A DNA stretch of 64,000 nucleotides from Eledone cirrhosa (GCA_964016885.1 OZ024742.1:64604001-64668000), one strand, 5' to 3'; counted from the first letter of the stretch, positions 11,126 to 23,900 are shown. Numbers and translations are program-made. Notes: generated by a model from the letters alone, not told the origin.

Positions 11126-13996
11126 AATCGGAAGGCATGGGGTGGGAAAGTGTAACAACAATGGTATGCTCCTGCTGCAGATGTGTGAGGAGCTGGATCT
11201 GTGTATTACCAACACCATGTTCCAACAAAATAACAAATTTAAAACCACATGGGTGCATCCTGCATCTAAGGAATAGCTTCTTTTGGGCTACGTCCTAGTC
11301 AGGATGCGTTACAGACAGGATGTGCAGTGTGTTCGTGCTCTTCGTGGAGCTGAGTGCTGGACGGATCAACGCCTGGTACGCGCAAAAGTGAAACTAATCA
11401 CTAAACGTAAAATCCGGGCTCCTGGTGTTGCCCTGCCCAGAAGATTGAATGCTGCTCGTCTCAAGGATAAAAATGTGAAGAGGACATTGCAAGAAGAGAT
11501 TCAAGTTGCAGATCTTGGTGAGGATTGGCCGACCCTTAAAAAGTCGGTTTATGATGTAGGCAGGCGTGTTCTGGGATTGGTGCAGAGAAAACATCAAGAC
11601 TGGTTTAATGAGAATGATGAATATATAGAAGACTTGTTGGCTGATAGGAGGCGTGCTCTGTCACGCTACTTGACCGCAAAACCACAGGAGAAGAATATGT
11701 TGCATAAGAATGTGAAATCACGTATTAGGCGGAGTCTTTCTCAGATGAAGGATCAGTGGTGGAGTGAGAAGGCTGATGAGATACAAACTGCGTCAGATTA
11801 CAATAACACAAAGGTGTTGTACAGTCTCTTGCGTGAATTTTAGGGACCGTCTTCTTCTCTGGTGACACCGCTTCGCAGCAAGGATGGCAAAGAACTTCTT
11901 CGTGACTCACAAGGAATTCTACGAAGGTGGCGAGAGCACTTTGATGATCTTTTGAATCAGCCGTCTGTCGTCAATGAAGATTTCCTCAATCTCATTCCAG
12001 AAAGTCCTGTGAAAGTAGCTCTCGCAGAACCTCCGACGCTTGTGGAGGTTGCAGTGGCTATCTCGAAGCTGAACAGTGGAAGGTCTCCAGGTATGGATGG
12101 CATACATGCTGAGCTCCTACAATATGGTGGTGAGAGAATCCTGCAACATCTTCACTCTTTGTTTGGCAGGATATGGGCTAATGAATCCGTACCTGAGGAC
12201 CGGAGAGATGCAGTAATGATGGTCTTGTACAAGGGAAAGGGTAACAGGAATGATTGTGGGAACTACAGAGGTATATCATTGCTTTCTGTCGTAGGGAAAG
12301 TTTGTGTAGGGTGCTTCTGGACCGTCTGCTGACACACATTGCAGATTGTGTTCTTTCTGAAAGTCAATCTGGTTTTCGTGCTGGACGCAGCACTACTGAT
12401 ATGATCTTCTCAGCTAGACAGCTCCAGGAGAAGTGCATGGAACAAGGTTTGGATCTGTATCAGGTTTTTGTCGATCTGACAAAAGCTTTCGATGCTGTTA
12501 ACAGAAATGCATTATGGAAGGTTCTCCAGAAACTTGGTTGCCCTGATAAGTTCCTTGCTTTAGTTAGGTCTTTCTATGACGACATGAAGGCTTGGATTAA
12601 TATTGGAGGTAACATGTCGGAGCCTATCTCAGTAAAAAATGGAGTGAAACAGGGGGATATTCCAGCACCGACCCTGTTTGCCATATACTTTGCAATGGCT
12701 TTCTATATTGCATTCAAGAATTGCGAGCATGGTGTTTACATCCGATATCGAACCTCAGGCACATATTTAACATCAGGCGCTTTGCTGCAAAAACAAAAGT
12801 ATTTACATCAAACATAAGAGACCTCTTGTATGCAGATGATTGCGATCTTGTAGCGGACACAGAGAGTGATATGCAGCACATTTTGAATGCATTTTCTGAT
12901 GCTTGCACTGCCCTAGGATTGACTGTCAGTCTCAAGAAAACCGTCGTCATGTACCAACCTGCCCCTGGTAAGCAGTACACTGAACCAAATATCTATGTGT
13001 ATGGTAAACGACTTGGAGTGGTTGATCAGTTTGTCTACCTGGGAAGCACTGTCAATCGATACAACAACCTTGATAGTAAAATCCCACTCAGGATTAGGAA
13101 AGCAAGTGATGCTTTCGGAAAGCTAGAAAGGCGACTCTGGGGTCGGCGAGACATGCAAGAAGACAAAGGTAAAGGTGTACAAGGCATGTGTGCTCTCTTC
13201 TCTTCTTTATGCCTGCGAGACCTGGGTCACATGTCGACACCACCTTAAGCAATTGGAGTGTTTCCATCAGATGTGTCTCAGACGGATCCATGGCGTTCAC
13301 TGGAGGGACCACATCAGTGATGTCGAGATTTTGGAAAGCTCTACGTGTGACAGTATAGAAGCTCTTGTGCTCCGTTGGAGTGGTCACCTTGCCAGGATGA
13401 AGGATTCTAGAATACCAAAACAACTCTTTTATGGAGAGTTAGTTAAAGGAAAACGACCGCCACATAAACCAAAAAAGAGGTATAAAGATTCCTTGAAAGC
13501 CTCTTTGAAAGACGCTAACATCTCTGCTGATACATGGGAAAATGTTGCTGCTGATCGTAATAAATGAAGAAAGACTGTATATGAGGGAAAAGTTGCCTTT
13601 GAGGCATCTCGAATCGCATACAAGAAACTAAAGCGGGATGTGAGGAAGGGCATTGCTGTTGCACTTCCAGACGGCGAAGGTCCTCATATAGTGCTGACAT
13701 GCAGCATCTGTGCAAGACTCTGCCTAAGCAAAGCTGGACTCGAAAGTCATCTTCGCAATTATAAAGTAAGACCAGTGGTTGACTACCAGGCTGCTGTTAG
13801 AGATGCTACTCATCATGCTTGCCAAGCATGTGGTAGAGAATGTAAATCAGCAGGAGGGCTCAAACCACATGCAAAAGTACATGAACTCCAACCACAGCCG
13901 GCTATTCCCAGTGAATGTTTTGGTTGCCGACTTTGTGCAAGACATTTTAGATCATTGGCTGGGCTAAAAAGCCACATTCGATCGCAGCGCTGTTAA
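11126..13996 (+). pseudogene. RTE APE-RT ORF with three C-terminal C2H2-like fingers, disrupted
   Basis: [117 protein letters not shown]. Several frameshifts and stops. Confidence 0.92.
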
Positions 13997-14183
13997 TTGC
14001 TATCGTGTGGGTGTATAGATATGTTTGTGTGTGTGTGTGCGTGTGTGTGTATATATATATGTATATTATTATTGTTGTCGTTGTCGTTATTATTATTGTT
14101 GTTGTTATTATTATTATTGTTATTATTATGTTTTTTTTTTCTCGTGCAATAGCCATACTCGATAACGAGGGGGCAGCCATCAT
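11126..14183 (+). mobile_element. RTE-clade LINE, 5'-truncated
   Basis: Endonuclease C-terminal part through RT and zinc fingers; 3' end GCCATACTCGATAACGAGGGGGCAGCCATCAT followed by (GTAT)n. Confidence 0.92.
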
Positions 14184-14192
14184 GTATGTATG

Positions 14193-14226
<34 letters not shown>

Positions 14227-14291
14227 TGTATGTATGTATGTATGTATGTATGTATGTATGTATGTATGTATGTATGCATGCATGTCATATT

Positions 14292-14903
14292 ATGTCAGGT
14301 CACCAGTTGGTGCTACTGGTAACATGTATCCCAGTACAACCTGTCCCATGGTCGGGTCGTTGGCGACTAAACTAGCAACCCCACCAAGGTTTCTTGGTGA
14401 GGAGGGTGACTTTGGACATCCTGCAGGACTAAAAACAAAACCTGTCAAAGGGAAAAGGAGCTCTTAAGAGTCAATGGCCATCCAAAATACCCAGGAGAGA
14501 TGACCCCTTAGCCTTTGTCAAGGCAGAATTCTAGGAGAAGGAAAACTCTGATATAACACCTGCAACCCTGATGGTATCCAATGATGTTGACTTGTTCTTC
14601 TTTTTGGTAAATATCATCTTGGTTAAGAGAGTGGGACTGGCTTTGTGCAGTGCCTTTGCTCACTATAAAAGCTTCACAGCACAGGCATTGCTTTATATCT
14701 GGAGACCTCTCTGCACTTGTCGTCACATGGTACCATGGGCCCAGCACTATGTGTCAATAATTGTCACAAGTGTAGTGTTTGTACCAGAGTTTTCAAGTCG
14801 CTGGCTGGACTAAAAAGTCACACTTATTCAGCGCATCGGTAGGGGTTCTCCTACATGGATATAAAGTAGTGGCCGTACTCGAAAACGAGTTGGCAGCCAC
14901 CAT
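14292..14903 (+). mobile_element. Non-autonomous bipartite RTE derivative (5' UTR fused to zinc-finger/3' end)
   Basis: RTE-type 5' UTR motif GGAGAAGGAAAACTCTG, then CSVCTRVFKSLAGLKSH-coding remnant and 3' end ...TACTCGAAAACGAGTTGGCAGCCACCAT(GTAT)n. A close inverted copy lies at 43953-44449. Confidence 0.75.
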
Positions 14904-15491
14904 GTATGCATGTATGTATGTATGTATGTATGTATGTATGTATGTATGTATGTATGTATGTATGTATGTATGTATGTATGTATGTATGTATGCATGCATG
15001 CATGTATGTATGTATGCATGCATGTATGTATGTATGCATGTATGAACATACGTACGTACGTATGTAAAAACAAAGGAAGACCAATACAAATGAATAACGA
15101 AAAGTCAACGTCTCATGTTGCTACACCGCTCTATTGTTTGTTTTCGGCCATATTTTCTTGTCGGCTGTTTACACGTACGATGTTAACTGACAAACATTTA
15201 AGCTGATAACAGAAGAAACTAACGGTCTCTTCCTACAACTAACATGGCCAATATTTCCAGTTTATAATCGACTGCTCACTAACCACACTGATGACAACGT
15301 GTTGACCCCAACACACATCCGATTCAACAAGATAACTTGTGAAAACTAACACCTTTCCTCCGCTATTCCTAATAAGAAAACATTGATCGCTCATCAGCCC
15401 GTGAATGTATTTATTCTATTGTTCTAAATATCTTCTGTTAGTTTAACTGAACAAATTGCATAATAGGTCACTGGGCGAGAATAACAAAGTA

Positions 15492-15544
<53 letters not shown>

Positions 15545-15547
<3 letters not shown>

Positions 15548-15672
15548 GGGCGGTGGAACTGGGGGTGTGGTGGCATGGGGACCATGGCCGCCTCAATAAT
15601 TATATTTTTCTCCCAAAACTACCAAAATACACATCTATTTGTATATGCGCCACAATTTATGTACATGTTATG
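15545..15672. mobile_element. Left part of a hAT-like MITE (CAGGGG terminus)
   Basis: CAGGGGCGGTGGAAC...; homologous to 24090-24330, 53550-53620 and 56490-56729. Confidence 0.55.
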
Positions 15673-16089
15673 TAGAGACAGATGGGAGAGATAGATATAG
15701 ATATAGAGAGGGGGAGAGTTTGGTGGTAATTAAGATAGAAAGGAAGGTTGGGAGAGTGTGTTATATATTAGATATAGAGAGGGGGAGAGATTGATGTTTA
15801 TTGATATATAGAGGGGTATTGGAAGAGAGTTCCGTCTTGAAGATATAAATTTCTATTTATTTGCCACCAGGGCATCAAAGATTGGAACAAATACAAAGGA
15901 GGGAGTTTACATACATTTAAAAAGACGTGTAAAAAACATATAACAAATTAAATTTAACAATCGATGTCCTCAATAGGGAGGGGCGTTGACATGGATGGCA
16001 CACACCCCCGAAAAAAATGTGCAACCCTTCTCTTCAGGAGCACAAAGAGCGGGTGCTTCCTTCCTCTTCTCATTCTTCTCCTCTCTCAC

Positions 16090-19000
16090 CTACAGGCTGA
16101 TATAGAGAGAAGGCCCATTCACTCGGGCCATTCTTGCTACTTTCACCCATCTTTCATAAAACTTGCTGGGGTAGAGCACCTCTCTCTCCATTCTGATCCT
16201 TCTTCTAAAGTGGTACTTGAAAAAAAGACCAGTTGTTGGCCGGAGAGAAAGGTGTCTGACCTCACCCCTTTCAACCTTGTCCACCATACAACTTCTTTCG
16301 CCATGGCTATCACACAGAGGAAAACCGCCTCTGCTTCGTTTTTGAAAGGGGGAGGCGGTTTGATTGTGACAATGTTCTCGGTGGTCAACCGGATTGGTCC
16401 CACCCGCGACAGTAGTCGTTCTACATAGCCCCACAGGTCAGCAACGCCCGGGCAGTGTACGAATGTGTGTGCGACGGTTTCCTCGTCACGCACGCATCTT
16501 GGACAGATCTTCTTCGAGGGGTCCCTACCCGGGCGCCCGTGTCTGTAGAGCTTGTCCCGAACGGGTAGAGCTCCTCGGTAACATTGCCAAGCCAGGGACT
16601 TTTGGAAGTTGTCCATCGGTCCCGGGCCAAACGTCCTACCGAACAGACTGGCCAGCTCGTCTTCCTCCATGCCCAGAGCCTCTCCGTGAGCGTCGTCGCA
16701 CTTACTGCGCACCAACCCTCTATAGAATGTTGAGGTTGAGTCTCCACTGATTGCCGGATCCGCTTGCCAGAAGGCCGTGAGCGCCTGGGCACATTCAATG
16801 TGCCAGTCGCCCACTTTTCTTGGTCTTTGCTTGACCCAGGATTGCAGCTCGGTGAGTGAGACGAGTCTCGGAAAGGCTCGCCTCACAAACAGGGCCCACA
16901 CCGGCTGACCGGTGAGGAATACCTGGAGGTGCCGTAGCCTTAATGCGTGTCTACGCATGGTCAGCCACGGCATCCCCAGCCCTCCGTTCGAAGGGTGTTG
17001 ACAGCAGATGGATCTTCTCACCAAAGGAGCCCGCTTCTTCCAAAGAAATCGGAAGAGCGCGCGCTCCATTTTGGCGAGTGTTTTCTCTGGGCAAGGCACG
17101 ACGGTCAAGCGGTAGTAGATGACGGACGCTATATAAGCGTTCGCCACCTCCGCTCGACCGTTCAGGGATAGTTTGCACTCGGCCCACTTCTGGGCGAGTG
17201 CAAACACCTTGCCCGTTACCTCGTCCCAGTTTTTCTCCACCTGGAGGTCCGGTCCGAACCAGACCCCGAGCAGCTTCACCGGTCCCTCCGTCCAGCGTCC
17301 GACGATGCCGTCGGAGGGCATCGTTTTGCCCCTCCACGTCCCGAGTTGCAAACCGACGGACTTGTCCCGGTTCAGCTTGGCTCCTGTGAACCTTTCATAT
17401 TCCTCCAGTAAGGTACCGATCTGCCCGATTTCCGAGGCGCACGACACCATTACTGTCACGTCATCGGCGTAGGCCGACACCGCTTTCCGCAATCCCGGTT
17501 CCAAGGGGATACCCTGCAACAGCTCCAGCTTCCGCAGTAGTGGCTCGAGAGCCAGCACATACAGGAGGGAGGAGAGAGGGCATCCCTGTCGAATGGATAG
17601 CGTGATTTGGAACGGCTCCGAGAGGTAGCCATTCACCTTGACCCTCGAGCAGGTGTTGCTGCTGTGCATTGCAACAATCCAGCCCCTGAAAACGGGTCCG
17701 AAGCCTGCCGCCGCGAGCACCGCATCCAGGTACCGATGGTCAACCCTATCGAACGCTTTAAATTGATCCAAATTGATCAGGGCCCCACCAAAGCCGGGTT
17801 CGTTCCCTACACTCTCTACGATGTATCGCATGAGGTGGAGGTTGTCGTGTATGGACCTGGACGGGATTGCGCATGTCTGCGGATCTCCCACCAGGTTCCC
17901 GACGACAAGCGCCAACCTCTTCGCTAACACCTTGGCCAAAATCTTTAACTCTGTGTTTAGCAGAGTTATGGGCCTGAAGTTATCTATGTCATCCCCCTTG
18001 TTCTCGTCCTTCCTCACCAGCGTGACTACGCCCTTGGTCACAGGACTGGGAATTCTCCCGTTCTGTTGCCAGTTGCAGTAGACCGCCTCGAGGAAACCGG
18101 AGAACAAGCCCGGCATCGCTACATAAAGTTCGTATGGTAGACCATCGAGACCCGGAGATTTGCGTTTGCCGCATTGGCTCAGCGCTTCCCCTATTTCAGC
18201 GGCTGAAATCGGCCTCTCGCAGGACTTCGCCTCCCCGTATGAGAGCCGCGCCAGACCGTCGAGGTATGAACCGAAATCCATGGCCCCACCCGGCCCGCCG
18301 CCCCTCCCGAACAGTCGTGCAAAGCGCCGTTGAAAGGCCGCACTCATCCGCTCAGGTTCAAGGATCACGCGTCCATCCTGGTCCTTCAAAGACCGAGTCG
18401 TGGACTTGTTTCCACTTTTTGCCTCTGTCACTCGGGCCCAGCTAACAGCTTTGGCTCCCTCGTTACCCAGAGCACGTATTTTACTCCTGACAACGCAGCC
18501 CTCGTGCTTCGCATCAAAGAACTGGTCTAGGGCCGTTCTTGACGCCAGCACGCCGGCCACGTTTCCACTCCTAATCGCCTCTTCTACTCTATTTATTAAT
18601 TCCCTTTCAGTTCTATTCCTATCTGATGCTAATTCCCGACTAAAACCTATCGATTTTATTCTAATTTCTCTCTTGAGAGAGCCCCACCACCTACTGTTGA
18701 CAATTGCCCCCGTCAAACGCTGCTTAACTAGTGTGCTAATCCGCTTACTGTAAGCTTTGTTTGTCGGTAAAGACAAGTTTAGGTTCCAGTAACCGGGTCC
18801 CTGTCTATGAGTTCTATCAAGGTTGACCACTCCGGTCACCAACTTGTGATCCGAATAGTCAACCATGAACATTCGTGGACAGCTTAATATGTCCCTATCC
18901 TTATTTCTAACTAGGAACCTATCTAGGTACGACCTAGATGTTCCGCTACGATTAGTCCACGTCCACAGTGGCACAGTCGGAAAATCTAGTCGATATCTAT

Positions 19001-19525
19001 CGGCCAGATCAAATCGGCCGATTAATCGTTTGAGGCTGTTACACCCCCCTCTATCGGGACATGCCCCTACATAGTCCCAAAGTACATCCTGGATACCATT
19101 CCAGTCCCCCACTAAAAGCAAGGAGCGAGACGTTCCCAGGAAATTCTCCAGGCGTCGGAAGAAGTCCGGTCGCGGTGTCCCAGATGGAGCATACGCTGCC
19201 ACCAGCCTGAAAGCTCCACCTTCACCACTGCCGACGTCTAAAACCACCAGTCGACCCTCCGGGTCCAGGTGTACCTTCTGTGTGGCAAGACCCAGGTATT
19301 TTCGCAGCAGAACGACAACCCCACCCCCACCCCTCGGCTGACAGAGAGATGCGTAGATCTCAAATCGTCGAAGATGGGGGCCAGTTGGCGCACGCTGCTG
19401 ATCCTGAACTCGCAAATAACCATTACATCCACTCTGTGCGACCTGAGGTCATTTAAGAGTTTGCCCTGTTTCCAGGACATCCCCAGGCCGCGTGCATTCA
19501 CATATCCAACTCTTATATTGGCCAT
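16090..19525 (-). pseudogene. Tx1 ORF2 (AP endonuclease, RT, C-terminal zinc finger) with frameshifts near both ends
   Basis: MANIRVGYVNARGL, AYAPS, VGDWN, SYLDRFL, YSDH, KSPGLDGLP, NFRPITLLN, LDQFKAFDRVDH, IRQGCPLS, AYADD, CPRC...ETVAHTFVHC. Frameshifts near 19325 and ~16225; about 1000 codons are uninterrupted. Confidence 0.93.
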
Positions 19526-19559
19526 GTTGGTGCTGAAGAGTTAAAAAGGAAGAGGAAAG

Positions 19560-21364
19560 GAAATTACTTACCTCTTCGTCTCCTGGGGACCAGGCTGCAC
19601 AATTTCCATGGGGGTGTTGGAAGGGTTGTTTGGTGGGGTGGTGGTTTGTGGTGGGGTGAGGACATCAGTGTGTGGTGGGATTAGGGTGTTTGGTGGGGTG
19701 TGGGTGTCTGGTGAGGGGTGGGGAAACATCTCAATAGGACGTGATTAAGTGGTTTGGTGCAGTTGGTCCCCACATGCATTGGATGGTTCTTTTTCAAAGT
19801 TACATAGGTTTCCGTTGGGACCCTAATCATCATTAAGTGCGGTTTGTTCGCTTCGTAGGTGAAAGTGATCCCTTCGGTTTCCACCGAAGGGTTATTTTCT
19901 ATCGCTTTCATCAACGTTTTATTGTTCTTGTTAATGTATGTATAGAGTTTTTGTTGTGTTGTGTTTGTTTTTGTTTGTTGTTCTTGTGCGTGTTTGCGTT
20001 TTGTAGTACGTGTTATGTTTTGGGGAGGGGTGGGTTTTTTTATTTGTGATGTTTGTTCTGTTTGTGCTGGTGGTTGTGTGTTTGTGGCATTTTTGTTAAT
20101 GTGGTGCCTTTTTTTTTCCTTTTCACCTGTTGAAAGGGTTCTCCCTCGTCGTCACTGGGTGACGTTGATACGGAGTCCTCTTCCGTGTTGTTGGGGAGGG
20201 GTATATTTTGGGATTTTGTTGTGGTTGCTTTTGTATTTGTTTTAGGTGGGGAGGGGTTGGGTGGAACAGTGTTTTGTGTTGTTATTTTTCCGTGTTGTTG
20301 TGGTTGTTGTTGTTGTTGTGGTGGTGGTTGTGTTGTTGTGTTCGGGGTTGGCAGAAGAGCCTTTTTTTTTTTACTCGTTAATTGAGGACAGGCAGCCCTC
20401 AGGTGACCCCTGCTTAAGCAGTGGTAACATGACGGCCGCCTTCCCTCCACTGAAATGTTTATATAAGTTAGCCCGTCCAGAGGCACGCGTTGTGGGATAT
20501 TCGCTATTCGTTCTGGGCTCATTTGCACCAGAACTTCTACGCTGGTCCCACCAAATACACCTCTGGAGGACTTTCCTATTGAAATTATCTTGTCTTCATC
20601 AAAGTCAATGATTCCACATAGTATCCACCAAATATTTACATTTGGTGTGATACTCATTATTTTTATTCTTTGTGTCCTTTTTCCCCTGTATGTGGGGAAA
20701 AAGGTGAAGCGGGGGGACACAATGGGTGATACCGAGTATTTTTGTGCTGTTGACTGGTTGTTCATTAGCACCGAAATGCTACCAAACAGTTTACCTTTAT
20801 GTATGAAGGTTAAGTCCTTCATTGCATCTTTTATAACCAGCTCAATTTCATTTTGTGATAATTGAGCTGGTTTTCTTGTTTCCTTCGATATTGTCCTGAA
20901 AACTGTGGTTTTCAGGACAGCCTCTCTACGTAATTCCTGTGGAGAATTGATGCTAAAAGCACCGTTTTCACCAAAAGTCACGAATTTTTTTGCGTCTTGT
21001 AGTAGTTGTTTAGCATTTGTTATGTCAATTGGCGTGTATAGTTCGTTTTTTTTACAGTCTGTGCGAACGTTGTTTTGGTGTTGTCTTTTTTGTTGCTGCT
21101 GTCGTTGTCACTGTTGGTAATATTGTTCATGTTTTCCTTGGTGTTGCTATTGTTGCAGTTGCTGGTTGTGGTGTTATTGTCATTGTTCTTGTTGTTTGTG
21201 CTGGTATTATTTACCGGGTTTGGTTTCGTGGTTTCAATATTTTCAACGTTTCTCGATAATGCAAGGGGGGAAGGCTGCAAGCTTTGTACTCCTACCTTTC
21301 CTCCACCACTTTTCTTAGTGAACGTGGCACTCACGACAGTGTGCGAGGTTGAAATGGCATCCAT
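19560..21364 (-). pseudogene. Tx1 ORF1 (gag-like, CX2CX4HX4C knuckle), frameshifted
   Basis: ORFs 21020-21364, 20040-20981 (CYHCLSRGHLRAAC) and 19681-19914 join across homopolymer frameshifts. Confidence 0.8.
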
Positions 21365-21575
21365 TGCTGACTACCAAGTCTACACAGTTTTGAGATGAAA
21401 ATGAAAATTTCGCCCCAGAAAGGGGCTAAAATTAGTTGACTCAACGTCTGAAGGCCCAGGCAAGGGGTTAAACTAAACAATGCTATTAAATTGAGCAATG
21501 AACTCACAGTTTTTTTTGACAATAATCCGTAAAAATCCGGAGCGAAGTAATTCACGTCTATATCAAGTGGTAACT

Positions 21576-21995
21576 GATATAGAGAGGGGAATGGAAGAGA
21601 GTGCCGTGTAGTCGATATAGAGAGGGGGAGAGTTTGGTGTAAAATGATATATAGAGGGGGGATTGGAAGAGAGTTCTGTGTAGTAGATATATAGAGGGGG
21701 AGAGTTTGGTTGTTGTAGATATACAGAGAGCGATAATAGGAGAGTGCCGTGTAGTAGATATAGAGAGGGTGAGAGTTTAGGGGGTCATTTATATACAGAG
21801 AGGGATTGGGAGAGATAAATGTAGATATTTATAAGAGAGTGAGAGAGTGTATTAGTCTTAGATATAGAGAGTGAGATACGAGAGGTGGTGTTGTGGTAGA
21901 TATAGAGAGGGGGTAGGTTTGGATTTAGTAGATACAGTGAGGAGGATTAAAAGAGAGTTTTGTGTGATAGACATAGAGATGGGGAGAGTTTGGTG
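21576..21995. repeat. Degenerate ~30 bp purine-rich minisatellite (GATATAGAGAGGGGGAGAGTTTGG...)
   Basis: The same motif occurs at 15680-15847 and 55512-55912. Confidence 0.8.
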
Positions 21996-21997
21996 TC

Positions 21998-22295
21998 ACT
22001 CTCGGGTCCCAAATAATAGGAGGGGTGGAAATAATGGGGGGGGGGGTCAGTAATTGTATATTATACATTCGTAAATATGGGATTTATTGTAATGTTCTTC
22101 TTTTGTTTTTGTCATATATAATGTTCTTTTAATGTAAAATAAAATTATTAGTAGATTCTCCAGCTGCTGTATCAACATGAATCACTTGCAATAAAATTCC
22201 GCCGGAGATAGAGTAGCAAAATTTAATAAGCGGGTGGGGTTGATCTGACAAATTAAGAAGCGGCGGTGGGGACGATTATTCAAGACCTGAGAGTA
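21998..22295. mobile_element. MITE with ~22 bp imperfect TIRs
   Basis: CACTCTCGGGTCCCAAATAAT ... ATTATTCAAGACCTGAGAGTA; paralog at ~55915-56164. Confidence 0.6.
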
Positions 22296-22481
22296 TGTGA
22301 ATTATTAACGGACGTAAGAATGAAAACTCAATACCGTAGTAGAGTTTAAATATTCATTTATTATGCCTAAGCCTTATTTCTCTGGAGTCTCATCTGCGTA
22401 CTCCCCAGACCTGACTGGTGATCCTGTAAGTGCACGGGTGAAACTTTAGAGTAACAAAGCTCACCAATAGCCATAATAAAT

Positions 22482-22518
<37 letters not shown>

Positions 22519-22522
<4 letters not shown>

Positions 22523-22884
22523 TAAACGGAATAGAAAATGCTGACAAATTGTTCACAGTTGAAAAATGGTTTAATTAGGAATAAAAGAGTATTAGTGATT
22601 GTATGGGTTAGTATTCAGTTGTGGTTTTAAGTTTTTAAGTTTTTACCGGTTGCGCATTTCTAAATGCTTTTCAAAAATAATTTTGAGATAGAGTGTCCGT
22701 AGCAAACAGCACGGACACTCTATCTCAAAATTATTTTTGAAAAGCATTTAGAAATGCGCAACCGGTAAAAACTTAAAACCACAACTGAATACTAACCCAT
22801 ACAATCACTAATACTCTTTTATTCCTAATTAAACCATTTTTCAACTGTGAACAATTTGTCAGCATTTTCTATTCCGTTTACCAA
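22519..22884. repeat. ~180 bp-arm palindrome in (TA)n, probably a PLE pLTR fold-back
   Basis: Arms are near-perfect around a 10 bp spacer at 22701-22710; contains GAAATGCGCA, the same 3' hammerhead half seen at 6420. Confidence 0.8.
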
Positions 22885-22919
22885 TATATAATAACTTGTG
22901 TGTTACACCTCTATTCTTT

Positions 22920-22964
<45 letters not shown>

Positions 22965-23044
22965 GAATAAATGTATAGAGAACAAAAAACAGAGGCAGTA
23001 CAAATGGTAGGTTTTTAGTTTCTCGCTTCATTTATTATGGCTTA

Positions 23045-23134
<90 letters not shown>

Positions 23135-23370
23135 AGTATGCATGTATACGTACATACATATATGTATACAGACGTACAGTAGCATGCACATATATATATA
23201 TATATACATATATACATACATATGCATACAGGTACACATACATATATGCACGTATCAGTTTAGCGGCGCTAACGTCGCTTTGTTCGTTTGTAAACAAACT
23301 GAACAGCCTGAATTTATGCCATACGGTGTTAAGGCAACCACGTCACCTTTTTGTTCAACATTGACACAGG

Positions 23371-23415
23371 AACGATGTACTAGTTTCAAGCTTGTTAGCT
23401 ATCATCAGCACCGTT
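23371..23415 (-). ncRNA. Minimal type I hammerhead ribozyme (family A)
   Basis: Reverse complement of 23559-23603. Confidence 0.9.
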
Positions 23416-23558
23416 TACCCATCTGCCAGATAGTTGAACGTTCGAAAGTATATACTTTCCTTATGAAAATTAACGGCTGAGCAGCCTAATTTGCATATTG
23501 AGTGAGTTAAATCGGTCAGGCATACCGAAAACGATAAATTGAAACAAAATGATGGGTA

Positions 23559-23603
23559 AACGGTGCTGATGATAGCTAACAAGCTTGAAACTAGTACATC
23601 GTT
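23559..23603 (+). ncRNA. Minimal type I hammerhead ribozyme (family A)
   Basis: AACGGTG CTGATGA tAGCT aaca AGCTt GAAA CTAG TA CATCGTT. Confidence 0.9.
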
Positions 23604-23900
23604 CCTGTGTCAGTGTTGAACAAAAAGGTGACGTGGTTGCCTTAACACCGTATGGCATAAATTCAGGCTGTTCAGTTTGTTTACAAACGAACAAAGCGAC
23701 GTTAGCGCCGCTAAACTGATACGTGCATATATGTATGTGTACCTGTATGCATATGTATGTATATATGTATATATATATATATATGTGCATGCTACTGTAC
23801 GTCTGTATACATATATGTATGTACGTATACATGCATACTTACATTTAAGTAAGTGCCATACTAAGAGTGAGAAATGAAATTTCGTTTTCATTTTGTTTCA

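Larger units (their letters stand above)
15848..21575 (-). mobile_element. Tx1-like (L1 group) non-LTR retrotransposon, near full length
   Basis: ORF1 with CCHC knuckle and ORF2 APE-RT-zinc finger; AATAAA near the 3' end (~15857-15862); same purine-rich minisatellite on both flanks. Confidence 0.9.

Noticed and set aside
11773-11800. CTGATGA as a hammerhead core
   Set aside because: It lies in the RTE coding frame (KADEI) with no stem II/GAAA geometry.
15288-15330. CTGATGA followed by hairpin GTGTTG/CAACAC
   Set aside because: No GAAA, stem III or stem I partner.
15964-19544. Plus-strand ORFs overlapping Tx1 ORF2
   Set aside because: Antisense shadows of a GC-rich coding strand with no motifs.
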